From: Chiloscyllium plagiosum
Lineage: Eukaryota
NCBI RefSeq assembly: GCF_004010195.1
Contig: NC_057719.1
Span: forward strand, 17,364,893-17,424,047
Length of the DNA stretch: 59,155 nt
Direction: 5' to 3'
Both the position numbers and the translations under genes were made by a program. The notes beneath the pieces were generated by a model, which saw nothing but the letters and a program-made list of their open reading frames with translations, was not told the origin of the DNA and did not search any database. Positions 1 to 9,676 of the stretch are shown here, piece by piece (the stretch's first letter is position 1; each line of letters begins with the position of its first letter).

Positions 1-396
1 AGCCTACTCATGATTTTGAAAACCCCAATCAAATCTCTGCTCAGCGTTCTTCTCTCCAAGAGCAGTCACAGCTCCTTCAATCTGTTCTTAAAACTGAAGT
101 CACTCAGTTTGGGAACAATTCTTGCAAATTACTTGTACACTTTCTCCAATGCATTCACATCTGTCCTGTAATGTGGCAGCCACACCTGTGCAAGATACCC
201 CAGCTGAGGTTTAACAAGTGAGTGAAACAAGTTCACTTTCTTGTTCTTGCAGTCTATGACCCTATTAAACAGGTGTGAATACTTTAAGGCCATAAGACCA
301 TAAGACTATGTTATGCTTCGTTGATGTAAAGGGAGAACAAAGTTAAAAATCACACACCCACACAGGTCCTCTTTCATACCTGTGATCTCTCTCAGA

Positions 397-549
397 TACA
401 CACACACCCATACTCACGTGTACACCCTCTCACAGGCGTATACTATCCATCACACATGCATGTGCGCACACACACGTGCATTCACACACTCTCACTCTCA
501 CTCTCACTCTCACTCACACACCACACACACGCGCACACACACACACACA
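397..549. repeat. (CA)n / (CACTCT)n low-complexity tract inside the PLE
   Basis: Direct reading; explains the His/Thr-rich spurious ORFs. Confidence 0.9.
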
Positions 550-938
550 AAGTGTATGGGGTGAATTTGTATTTGCAGATGTATTGTATTCTATTTTGTT
601 CAAAAAGCACACAATATGTAGGCAGTCAGTCCAGGTGACATTTTAAAAATTCCTACTTTTAGAAATAGAACAGGTCTGACTGAAGGTTGGAAGACAGACA
701 GACTCTAACCCTGCACCATTAATGCATTGTCTGAGCTAAGATGTCACCTTTTTTTATATAAAGCCTTAAGTTATCTCAGGATTGTGACTTGAAAGAAGTT
801 CTGGGATTTACATATCGAAACCTGTAACCTATCTAAAGATTTAACAGCTATGTAGGTTTGTTCATTGCATCGCATCAGTTGTATGGCACTTTAATTTTTT
901 ATTATGAACTTTGTGTCCTATAATCCTGTCCCATTAGC

Positions 939-973
939 TACCTGACGAAGAAGCAGCACTCCGAAAGCTTGTA
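939..973 (+). ncRNA. Degenerate minimal hammerhead ribozyme (family A)
   Basis: tac CTGACGA A gaagc agc actcc GAA AGCT T gta; stem I tac/gta, stem II mismatched. Confidence 0.5.
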
Positions 974-1167
974 CTTCCAATTAAACCTGTTGGACTATAA
1001 CCTGGTGTTGTGTGATTATTAACTTTATGCCTCCTATCCATCTGTCCTGCCACCTTCAATAATCATATACACCCAGCTCTCTCTGCTCCTGTACCCCACT
1101 TTAGAATTACACCCTCTATTTTACATTATCTTTCAATGTTTTTCTGACCAAAGTGCATCATATCAGT

Positions 1168-1376
1168 GAGGAGAAAGTGAGGTCTGCAGATGCTGGAGAT
1201 CAGAGCTGGAAATGTGTTGCTGGAAAAGCGCAGCAGGTCAGGCAGCATCCAGGGAACAGGAGAATTGACGTTTCGGGCATAAGCCTGAAGAAGGGCTAAT
1301 GCCCGAAACGTCGATTCTCCTGTTCCCTGGATGCTGCCTGACCTGCTGCGCTTTTCCAGCAACACATTTCCAGCTC
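1168..1376. mobile_element. Palindromic Penelope-like family B insertion with 14-bp TSD
   Basis: Arms ~1201-1285 and ~1294-1378 are reverse complements; tgcatcatatcagt at 1154-1167 and 1377-1390. Confidence 0.85.
1285..1312 (+). ncRNA. Minimal hammerhead ribozyme core (family B)
   Basis: CTGAAGA A GGGC taat GCCC GAA ACGT C. Confidence 0.65.
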
Positions 1377-3624
1377 TGCATCATATCAGTCACCTCTGCA
1401 GTAAACCTTACCTGCCAACTGTCCACCTATTCCACCACCTTGTCTCCTTATAATTCTTCCAATTAAGTGTCTTCTGCTTTTATGATTATGAACATTTTGT
1501 CATTACGTGAGTTTACTGCTCATGATCAAACACAAAATGAAGGAGATTCATGTGGTATGAATATGTCAACTATAAGCTGCATAAGATTGCCATATCATTG
1601 TTGTTTAAATTATTTCCCAACAGATCAATATTAATTTGTAAGAACCATCTGCTACATTTTAGTATGTTAGCAATTGCATTGCATCCACTTCAAGTCTGCA
1701 TTAGCTGGATGTGAATGGGTTAATCATCTAGTAAATAGGATTCCACGTTTTGAAGGAAGAGCAGCCCAGGCTGCCGAGAAAGGTTGATGTCAAAGGTCAG
1801 GGTCAGTGACTGTAGCAAAGGTCTAGCATAGTGGCAGCTCACTGACAGCCCTAGACTTGACTTGGTGCTGACCTGCATCTGTCAAGGAGGTCGTGTGGTT
1901 CATGGTCAGGTCCACAATACTGCAACCTGAGCCTTGCACTTCCTGTTGCTATGGTAATCTCTTGTCCCCTCCCCCCCCCCCCTCCCTGCTGCAACCCTGC
2001 TCCCTTAACAATTGATAGCAGAAATACCAACTCTATACAATGGCTGGGTATGCACTGGCCTCTGTTCACTACAGTTAAGCAAATCCAATTGATTTCTCCA
2101 AAGTGCTCCACCATCATTGCAGTGCCCATTCTTGTTAAGTCTGCAGCCTATTTGCGGTGGATGTGCACACCAGCATTTCTACATTATCACTAATTCCACT
2201 TTAAAAAGAGCACCATGCCTGTAAGAAACAGTCAACTCCATCTAAGTTTTAAGTATCTGATCAAAATAAACAATACTTTTGACTGAATCATTGAAGAGTA
2301 CAAATTCTAAAGTATCCAGTATCTCAAAGCAGTATCTGTGTTTATTAACTAAATCATTTGAGCTGTGAATTCTTATAATGTAGTGCTTGTTGTCAATTTT
2401 TATATTTTACCACATTACTGCCAAATTACAAAATATGTTATTTCAACTTGACTATTCCACCCTCCCTACAGCTACTGAAAACAAATATCAGAATGAAACC
2501 ACTTTGACCTTGTCTTCACAGTTAAGGGCTTAGACCTTAACTTTGCTGTTTCTTTAATTGCTATTTATTGCAGTTGACAAGATTCATGTCACAAACATGA
2601 ATAACTTTTCAACTCTGAAGCTTACAGACCTGGGAGGAGCCAAAATGACTCCAAATGCTTAAAAGAAAGATTTAGAAATGAAGAAGGAATCAATAAAGAG
2701 GTGAGGGCAGGTGATCCATTCTGAGAGGGTCTTTGAACATGGTGAGAGAGTTAACAACGTGAAAGGATTTGAGGAAGGAGCAGAATAAATGTCAAGGCTG
2801 ACTTTCTGGCAGCAACAGAATCTATTGTTCCAACCTTCTATTGGTGAACTTCCCACAGAATAGGGGTCTTCTGTCATAGGTAAAGAGGCTAGCAATGTTG
2901 GGATTGTTCTAAAAGCAAACAGGAAGACCTAAAAGGGGTGTTCTAACTGTGAAGGGCTTTGATAGACTACATGGAGCAAAATCTACTGCTTGCAAGGGAG
3001 GTGAAATAGGAGTTAATGGTAATTTTCTTAATAGAATTGGGTTGAGACTTTAAAATGTAAATAAATTAATGGACTACATTTGAAGAACAGGATAGCCATA
3101 ATTGCTGTGAGGGAGGGCCCCTCTATGTTCGAAGAGTGCCTTCATTGCCAAAGCCCACGAGGAGGTAACCAAGGGTTACCTGCAAGCCTACCAATGTAAC
3201 ACAGACTCCTCCAGCCACTGGCAAAATGACAGCAAAGGTGAGGAGAGGCCCTTTATTGATACTGAGTGACTCAATTGGTGTCCAAGTGGGCAAGCATTTG
3301 CCATTTTTCCTGCTGTTTGGAAAATTTTACAGCAGAAGAAAGACATCAGTGAAACCACCCAACACGTTCCATTTAACAGTCTGTCAAAACGAGCCAAAAA
3401 AATTCTCCGATGTCTCAGATCATGGGCTTTTTAGTTGTCAGAGCTGTCTTGGCATCAGCACCACCTGGTCTTACCAATTCATCAGTCCTGCCCATATACC
3501 CGGCCCCAGAACCACCCCTACCCCTCCATAATTGTGAGGGCACATGGTCATCTATGTGCACTCTAGCAGTGACTACCACTCTCAGTGGTAGCATGAATGC
3601 CACTGAGCACTGGTAGGCAGGCGA

Positions 3625-3953
3625 TGGTCAAGTGGCATTATCGCTAGACTATTAATCCAGTGACCCAGGTACTGCTCAGGGCTCACAGGTTTGAATCCTG
3701 CCAGGGTGGATGGTGGAAGTCGAACTCACCATAAACTCTGGAATTAAGCCATTGTCAATTGTTGGGAAAAGCCCATCTGGTTCACTAATGTCCTTCAGGG
3801 AAGGAAACTGCATTTCTTATTTGATTTGGCCTACATGTGACTCCAGACCCACAGCAATGTGGAGGGCTCAAAGTGGATGCCTGAGAAATTAGGGATGGGC
3901 AATAAATGGAGGTCCAGCCATTGATAACAATGTCCTGTGAATGAATAAAATAA
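3625..3953 (+). mobile_element. tRNA-derived SINE (cccatctggttcactaatgtcc core) with LINE-shared tail
   Basis: B-box-like ggtttgaatcc; core recurs at ~34380-34485 (-) and ~45312-45400 (+); tail agggatgggcaataaatg shared with LINE 3' ends in the window. Confidence 0.7.
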
Positions 3954-4788
3954 AGGATTGGACCAACACCCCAATGGCAAGATACGATCTTCAGTTGACC
4001 CGGAGGCAGGCTGACCTGCTCAGCATTTTCTAGTTTTATTTTGTGCTTAGAATTCCCGCGATATTTTGCCTTTGTCCGAGTGAATGAAAATATGAGCTTT
4101 ATTTCTAAAGGTAATGGTCTGGAGGAAACCACTTGAAGAATCTTGATCTTTATTTTGAATCACCTCTCCCCACTTTCTCATTAATTTCATGCTGCTGGAT
4201 TAAGAAGAATCACTAGAAAAGGGACAGAATTTACTTGGGGTAATTCCCTTTTCTGGTTCTGATATGTAATGCACTGCCCTGTGAATGAACATGTGCCCAA
4301 CTCATGCAAAACATGACACAGGGCCGTTCCCATTCACTCCTGTTGGTTCGAAGTTCTTGTCCAAGAATAACATTTCACAGCAAATCAATTATTCACTTGT
4401 CAGCTTTCTTCAGCGTGTCTTTATTTTCACTTTCTTCCCAGTTAACCCTGTCAATGCTGGAACAGATTATCTGTTCTGTGCCACAATTTATTCTCAAGTA
4501 AAGAATGGGACAATGGAGTGCTGATTGCTGTTACAGAAACACTCCGGTGTTGAACATTTGGCACAGAATGATGAGACACTTATGTAAAGACACACTGTCC
4601 TTGATCCTCAGTGTGTTCTTTCACGCAAACAACCCCTTGTTATATTAGCGTGTGCAAACTGGGTAGTTCAAAGATTCACCAAATTTCCAAACTCACAACC
4701 ACTGCTATCTATAAGACTAAGTGCAGCAGAGACATGGAAGACCACTATTCACAAATTCCTCCTGCAGTCACTCACCATCCTGACTTTG

Positions 4789-4980
4789 GAGATGCTGGTG
4801 TTTGGACTGGGGTGTACAAAGTTAAAAATCACACAGCACCAGGTTATAGTCCAACAGGTTTAATTGGAAGCACACAAGCTTTCGGACCACCTGATGAAGG
4901 AGCGGTGCTCCAAAAGCTCGTGTGCTTCCAATTAAACCTGTTGGACTATTACCTGGTGTTGTGTGATTTTTAACTTTGTA
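4789..4980. mobile_element. Palindromic Penelope-like family A insertion with 13-bp TSD
   Basis: Arms ~4813-4886 and ~4909-4982 inverted; catcctgactttg at 4776-4788 and 4981-4993; hammerhead at 4891-4919 with GAA>AAA change. Confidence 0.85.
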
Positions 4981-4997
4981 CATCCTGACTTTGTTTT

Positions 4998-5286
4998 CAT
5001 AGAATGATAGAATAGAAGCATAGAATCCCTACTGTGTGGAAACAGGCCATTCAGCCCAACAGGTCACACTGACCCTCTGAAGAGTAACCCACCCAGGCCA
5101 TTTCCCCTACCCTATTGCTCTCTATTTACCCCTGACTAATGCACCTAACCTACACATCCCTGAACACCATGGGCAATTGAGCATAACCAATTCACCTAAT
5201 CTGCACATCTTTGGACTGTGGGAGGAAACCGGAGCACCCGGAGGAAACCCACGCAGACACGGGAAGAATGTGCAAACTTCACACAG
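4998..5286 (-). mobile_element. HE1/V-SINE, 5'-truncated
   Basis: V-domain ggaggaaaccggagcacccggaggaaacccacgcagacacggg and CR1-like tail; tRNA head absent. Confidence 0.85.
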
Positions 5287-5375
5287 TTTTATCACTGTTC
5301 CTTCAGTTCCATTCAATAAAAATCCAGTAACTTCCTCCATCACAGCATTATAGGTCTACCTATGCCAAATCAATT

Positions 5376-5503
5376 AGGAACGGTTTAGAGGGATACGGGC
5401 CAAGTGCTGGCAAATGGGGCTAGATTCGGTTAGAATATCTAGTCGGCATGGACGAGTTGGATCGAAGGGTCTGTTTCCACACTGTACATTTCAATGACTC
5501 TAA
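5376..5503 (+). mobile_element. CR1 3' terminal fragment
   Basis: ggtttagagggatacgggcc...gaagggtctgtttcc...atgactct tail. Confidence 0.8.
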
Positions 5504-5748
5504 CTATAATTGCAGTGGTTCAAGAAGACAGCTCACCATTATCTTCTCAAAGGATGGTCCATAAACGTTCATTTGGCCCAAAGAAGCCTACATCCTCCAT
5601 CAATCAATTAAATAAAAAGTGGCTAAGAGTGAAGGTCAATCCTTGATTGTTACCATGTGAGGAGCAGGCATGGAGGCAAGGTACAGGAGCAGTACACAGT
5701 GGCTCTGAAGCTAAAAGTCCAGCAAACGTTGCTGATGTCATAACATTG

Positions 5749-6082
5749 TTACAAGATGATTAGGGGTTTAGATAGGGTCGACAGTGAGAATCTTTTTCCA
5801 TGTATGGAGTCAGCTATTACAAGGGGGCATAGCTTTAAATTAAGGGGGGGTAGGTATAGGACAGATGTTAGGGGTAGGTTCTTTACTCAGCGAGTCGTGA
5901 GTTCATGGAATGCCCTGCCAGTAGCAGTGGTGGACTCTCCCTCATTATGGGCATTTAAGCGGGCATTGGATAGGCATATGGAGGATAGTGGGCTAGTGTA
6001 GGTTAGGTGGGCTTGGATCGGCGCAACATCGAGGGCCGAAGGGCCTGTACTGCGCTGTATTCTTCTATGTTCTATGTTCTAT
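5749..6082 (+). mobile_element. CR1 LINE 3' end, (TTCTATG)n-tailed subfamily
   Basis: ORF 5756-6001 ...TRGHSFKLRGGRYRTDVRGRFFTQRVVSSWNALP is the CR1 ORF2 C-terminus; ends in ttctatg repeats. Confidence 0.9.
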
Positions 6083-6169
6083 ATTGTGGCAGGAATTTAG
6101 AGAAAACTATGGAACAACATGCAGTCTATGCATGGAGAATAGCATTCATTCACCACTGTTATACATTGA

Positions 6170-6500
6170 GACTTCAGCATATACCCCTGGCTGGCACGTC
6201 ACTGAGGGAGTGCAGCAGTGTTGGAAGTGCTGTGTTTGGGCAAGAAATAACAAGGTTGTGTCTTCCTTCACCAATGGGCATTAAAGATCCAAAAACGCTA
6301 TTTTGAAGAAGAAGAGAGGAGCTCTCCCCGGTTATCCTGGCCAATATTTATCCCTCAACTAGTCAAAACTGACCACCTGATCACCTATCACATGGTGGCA
6401 CCTTGCTGTGCACAATATTTTCCACAACAGTGATTGCCGATTCCGTTGCTCACAAAGCACTTTGGGTTATCCTGAAATTGTGGAAACCGCTTCCTAAATT
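6170..6500 (+). mobile_element. DeuSINE-like (SacSINE1-type) SINE
   Basis: Deu-domain-like taaagatcc...gaagaaga...ctccccggt.tcctggccaatatttatccctcaac; L2-like tail. Confidence 0.7.
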
Positions 6501-6986
6501 GACATCCTGTAATTTGTTTTTACAGTGCCAGTGCACAGTCTGCAGCCCAGACTGTTCTGACTGAAAGAAAATCAACACTTTTTATTTGGGTACAGACTGA
6601 CAAGCAGTGGCACGTGGTAGCAGTTGAGATATATGCTATAAACCACAAAGGTTTGACATCTCGAGTGTGATGCTTTGAAATGTACTGCAGTAAACTTTCA
6701 AAGGTATCAATGCCCCCAAAACTGTAGCAAGATTGTCATCTGTCCAAGGTTAGTCAGAGAACCTTTGCATCCTTCAGAGTGCAGTCAGAAATGAACTATA
6801 GACAAGTTAAAATGTTGCCTTACGACTGTAAGATAACATTCTCTCAGTTAATGACAGCAGCAAAGTATCAAATCCAATACCTTTTTGATAATTCCAGATG
6901 AGCAGCGCAACAAACAAATGCTTCCTCTTAATGCGTGGAGGATACAGACTGAAGCAAGTTTTGTCAACTCCACTTAAGTGAATAAG

Positions 6987-7080
6987 TGACAATCACCTGA
7001 TGAAGGAGCAACGCTCCGAAAGCTAGTGTGCTTCTAATTAAACCTGTTGGACTATAGCCTGGTGTTGTGTGATTTTTAAC
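6987..7080 (+). mobile_element. Solo 94-bp PLE family A mini-insertion with 12-bp TSD
   Basis: taagtgaataag at 6975-6986 and 7081-7092; the insert is only the ribozyme plus tail. Confidence 0.85.
6994..7028 (+). ncRNA. Intact minimal hammerhead ribozyme (family A)
   Basis: cac CTGATGA A GGAGC aac GCTCC GAA AGCT A gtg: all core nucleotides, 5-bp stem II, 3-bp stem I, palindromic stem III. Confidence 0.75.
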
Positions 7081-7099
7081 TAAGTGAATAAGAACTGAT

Positions 7100-7192
7100 A
7101 ACAACAAATGCTGGAGATCACAGCAGGTCAGACAGCATCCATGAGAGAAGGTAAGCTAATGTTTTGAGTCGAGAAGACTCTTCATCAGAGCT
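7100..7192 (-). mobile_element. PLE family D terminus with degenerate hammerhead
   Basis: Minus strand gct CTGATGA A GAGTC ttctc GACTC aAA ACAT T agc, followed by a tail related to families B/C. Confidence 0.65.
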
Positions 7193-8049
7193 AATGTCTG
7201 CTCAGTGGCTTTGGTTTAAGTTAATGGAAGTTTAAAGAATCTGAATGCATTGTACAACTTCCACATTTTCCTCTTTTTATTTGGTGGTAAATTCCTGAAA
7301 TTTTACCCAATAATACGTTCTCCAACGAGTCTCTTCCATTCAACCAATAGCTAGAAAAATGACTGAATGTACCTCAAGTCCCATTCAATGCATACACAGC
7401 AAGCAATGAGATTGTCACAAATAAAACCAAAAAATACTGGAAACACAGAGTAGAACTTGTAAAAGAGAAAACCAGAGTCAAAGTTTCAGGTCAATGGCCT
7501 TTAGGTTCTGAATAGAAGGATTGCTTCATATCGAGATGGAGGCTCACATGCCCATTTAGGATCAGACATATTGCATCAGGGAACAAACTGGTGGTATTCA
7601 TAGATTCATCAGCTAAGGCTTAACTTCTTTAGAATCATTTTATCAAGGATTTCCTTAAGTTGGGCTATTTCCCAAAGCATCACAACTTTCATTGACTGAG
7701 TGAGAGGTCCTTCTCCTGTCTCCTGACCATGAACCAGCAAAAAACTAGGCTTGTCCTTTTTGTCAACATGTCTATTTACTCAACCAACTGTTGTTTGATG
7801 TGCCAATTTTGTTTTTATTATGCACAGGATCCAGACAATTCGACATGTCCAGGGCAGGACTTATTTTTACAAATCTAGATAACTATTTAATGATCTCTAT
7901 ATCCAGAGCCTTGAATGGGATCAGAATACATTAACTCTCCTGTTCAGCTTTTCTAGCATAAACACTGACACAAACACATGTTCCAGCCTTGTTGATGGGT
8001 TTAAATATGGCAAGGTATAAAGTTATATAAATATTTATCTTAATATGCA

Positions 8050-8619
8050 CTCTCTTGATGTGGGCATCAACAGCAAGGCTGGCATTTGTTACCCACCCCT
8101 GTGTGATTTTGAGGAAGTGGTGGTAAGGTGAATTCTTGAACAATGTGAGGAAGCTCCAATAGAGCTGGCATTTTGTTTTATTCTTTCATTGGCTGTGAGT
8201 GTCACTGGGAATGCCAACATTTGTTACCCATCCATAATTACCCTTAGTGAGCTACAGTCTTCAATGGCTGCAGTTGTTGGGGTCCAGGGAAAGCCACAGT
8301 GCTGTTAGCAGACTTGATGGGCTGAATGACCTAATTTCTGCTGTTATGTCTGATGGTCTTCGGCTTGCAGTTCCAGGATTTTGATCCTGTGACTGTGAAG
8401 GTACAATGATATAGTTCCAAGTCAGGATGGTGTTGTGGCTTGAAGGAACTCTTGAAAGTGATGGTATTCCCATGTGTCTGCTGTTCTTTCCCTTCTAAGT
8501 GGTCCTGCTTACATGTTTGGAGGAGCCTTAGTGACTTGCTACAGTGCATCTTGTACAGTACTATGCAGTGGCGGGAGTGAATGGTTAGATTAGTGGCGAA
8601 ATTGTAGAGTATTCCATCA
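8050..8619 (-). mobile_element. Old LINE 3' fragments (SINE-shared tail); continues at ~11258-11330
   Basis: gatgtgggcatc...catttgttaccca tails, gttccaggattttgatcc, ttccaagtcaggatgg; ends gagtattccatca and resumes at ccttgtagatggtg. Confidence 0.6.
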
Positions 8620-8749
8620 AATTATTGTGTAATGTAAACTGCTTTGGTTTTATATCTCTTTTTAGTTTCATTTATTGCAAGTTTGAGGTTTTTGTTTTGT
8701 TTTTGAGTTAATAACATGTGGGTTTTATGTATGTCTGAAGTTAGTAATT

Positions 8750-9112
8750 AAGACTGTAAAACCGTAAGATGTGGGAACAGCGCTAGGCCATTCAGCCATT
8801 GTATCTGCTCCACCATTTGATCATGGCTAATATGTTTCTCAACCCTATTGTTCTGCCTTCTTCCTGTAACCCTTGATCCCATTACTGTAACGTTTCAAGA
8901 AGGCAGCTCACCACCACCTTCTCAAGGGCAACTAGGGACAGGCAATAAATGCTGGCCAGCCAGTGATGCCCACATTCCACAAATGAATTTTTAAAAAATT
9001 AAGACCTATTTATCTCCTCTAAAAGATACACAATGTCTTGGCCTCCACAGCCTTCTGTGGCAATGAATTCCACAGATTCACCACCTTCTGGTCAAAGAAA
9101 TGTCTCCTGAAC
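8750..9112 (-). mobile_element. CR1 3' end with an inserted LINE tail (~8890-8998, +)
   Basis: taggccattcagcc...gaattccacagattcaccacc is a reversed CR1 end; ttcaagaaggcagctcaccaccaccttctcaagggcaactaggg is inserted within it. Confidence 0.7.
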
Positions 9113-9578
9113 TTGCACCTATCTCTGTAGCCATAGTGATTTCTTTTAAAGCAGTTCTTGAGGCACAGCTTTGGAATTGATGTGATCTTGTGCACCACTA
9201 TCTTAGTTTTCTTTTGTGATCTATCTAGATTGGTAATGGGACTATAAGATTTGTTAGATTTTTGGAACCTTTTTTTAAGTTAAGGGAAACACCCATAGCA
9301 CATGAAAGAAAGTTTTCTGTTCAATTATACTTTGAGTTTTAGACAGTCCTGTGAAATACTTGAAAGCTTTTTGAAGAGGTGACAAGGAAGATTGACAAAG
9401 GCAAAATGGATTTTAGCAAGGCATTCAACAAGGTTCCACACAGTAGACTAGTTAGCAAATTTAGATCACATGGAATCCAAGGGGAGTTAGCCATTAGACA
9501 CAAAATTGTCTTGAAGGTAGGAGACAGAGGATGGTGGTGGAGGGTTATTATTATATAGACTGGAGGTCTGTGACCAGT

Positions 9579-9676
9579 CTATTTGATTCCTGAAGAAGGG
9601 CTAATGCCCGAAACGTCGATTCTCCTGTTCCCTAGATGCTGCCTGACCTGCTGCGCTTCTCCAGCAACACATTTCC
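9579..9676 (+). mobile_element. Solo 98-bp PLE family B mini-insertion with 13-bp TSD inside CR1 RT
   Basis: gtctgtgaccagt at 9566-9578 and 9677-9689. Confidence 0.88.
9588..9619 (+). ncRNA. Intact minimal hammerhead core (family B)
   Basis: tc CTGAAGA A GGGC taat GCCC GAA ACGT C ga. Confidence 0.7.

Larger units (their letters stand above)
330..1026 (+). mobile_element. Penelope-like element family A, 3' fragment with CA-rich region, hammerhead and short inverted end
   Basis: Left end aaagttaaaaatcacaca (339) is the inverted copy of right end tgtgtgattattaacttt (1026); 942-1026 matches the family A ribozyme plus tail seen at 6997 and 22816. Confidence 0.7.
1..1445 (-). mobile_element. Old CR1-type LINE ORF2 fragment, split by two Penelope-like insertions (~330-1026, 1168-1376)
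   Basis: 1-270 and 1027-1445 resemble the reverse complement of degenerate CR1 RT C-terminal sequence seen in better-preserved copies in this window. Confidence 0.6.
4690..5618 (+). mobile_element. Old LINE 3' end interrupted by a PLE palindrome, an HE1 SINE and a CR1 tail
   Basis: ctcaccatcctgact (4771) continues as atcactgttccttcag (5291) and gcagtggttcaagaagacagctcacc (5512); same sequence seen reversed at ~8160-8620 and ~21290-21730. Confidence 0.6.

Noticed and set aside
382..638. His/Thr-rich ORFs
   Set aside because: Translations of a CA microsatellite
1201..1378. MITE or pre-miRNA interpretation of the palindromes
   Set aside because: Arms are unequal, TSDs are long and variable, and the same sequence is attached to GIY-YIG coding remnants at 35118-35876
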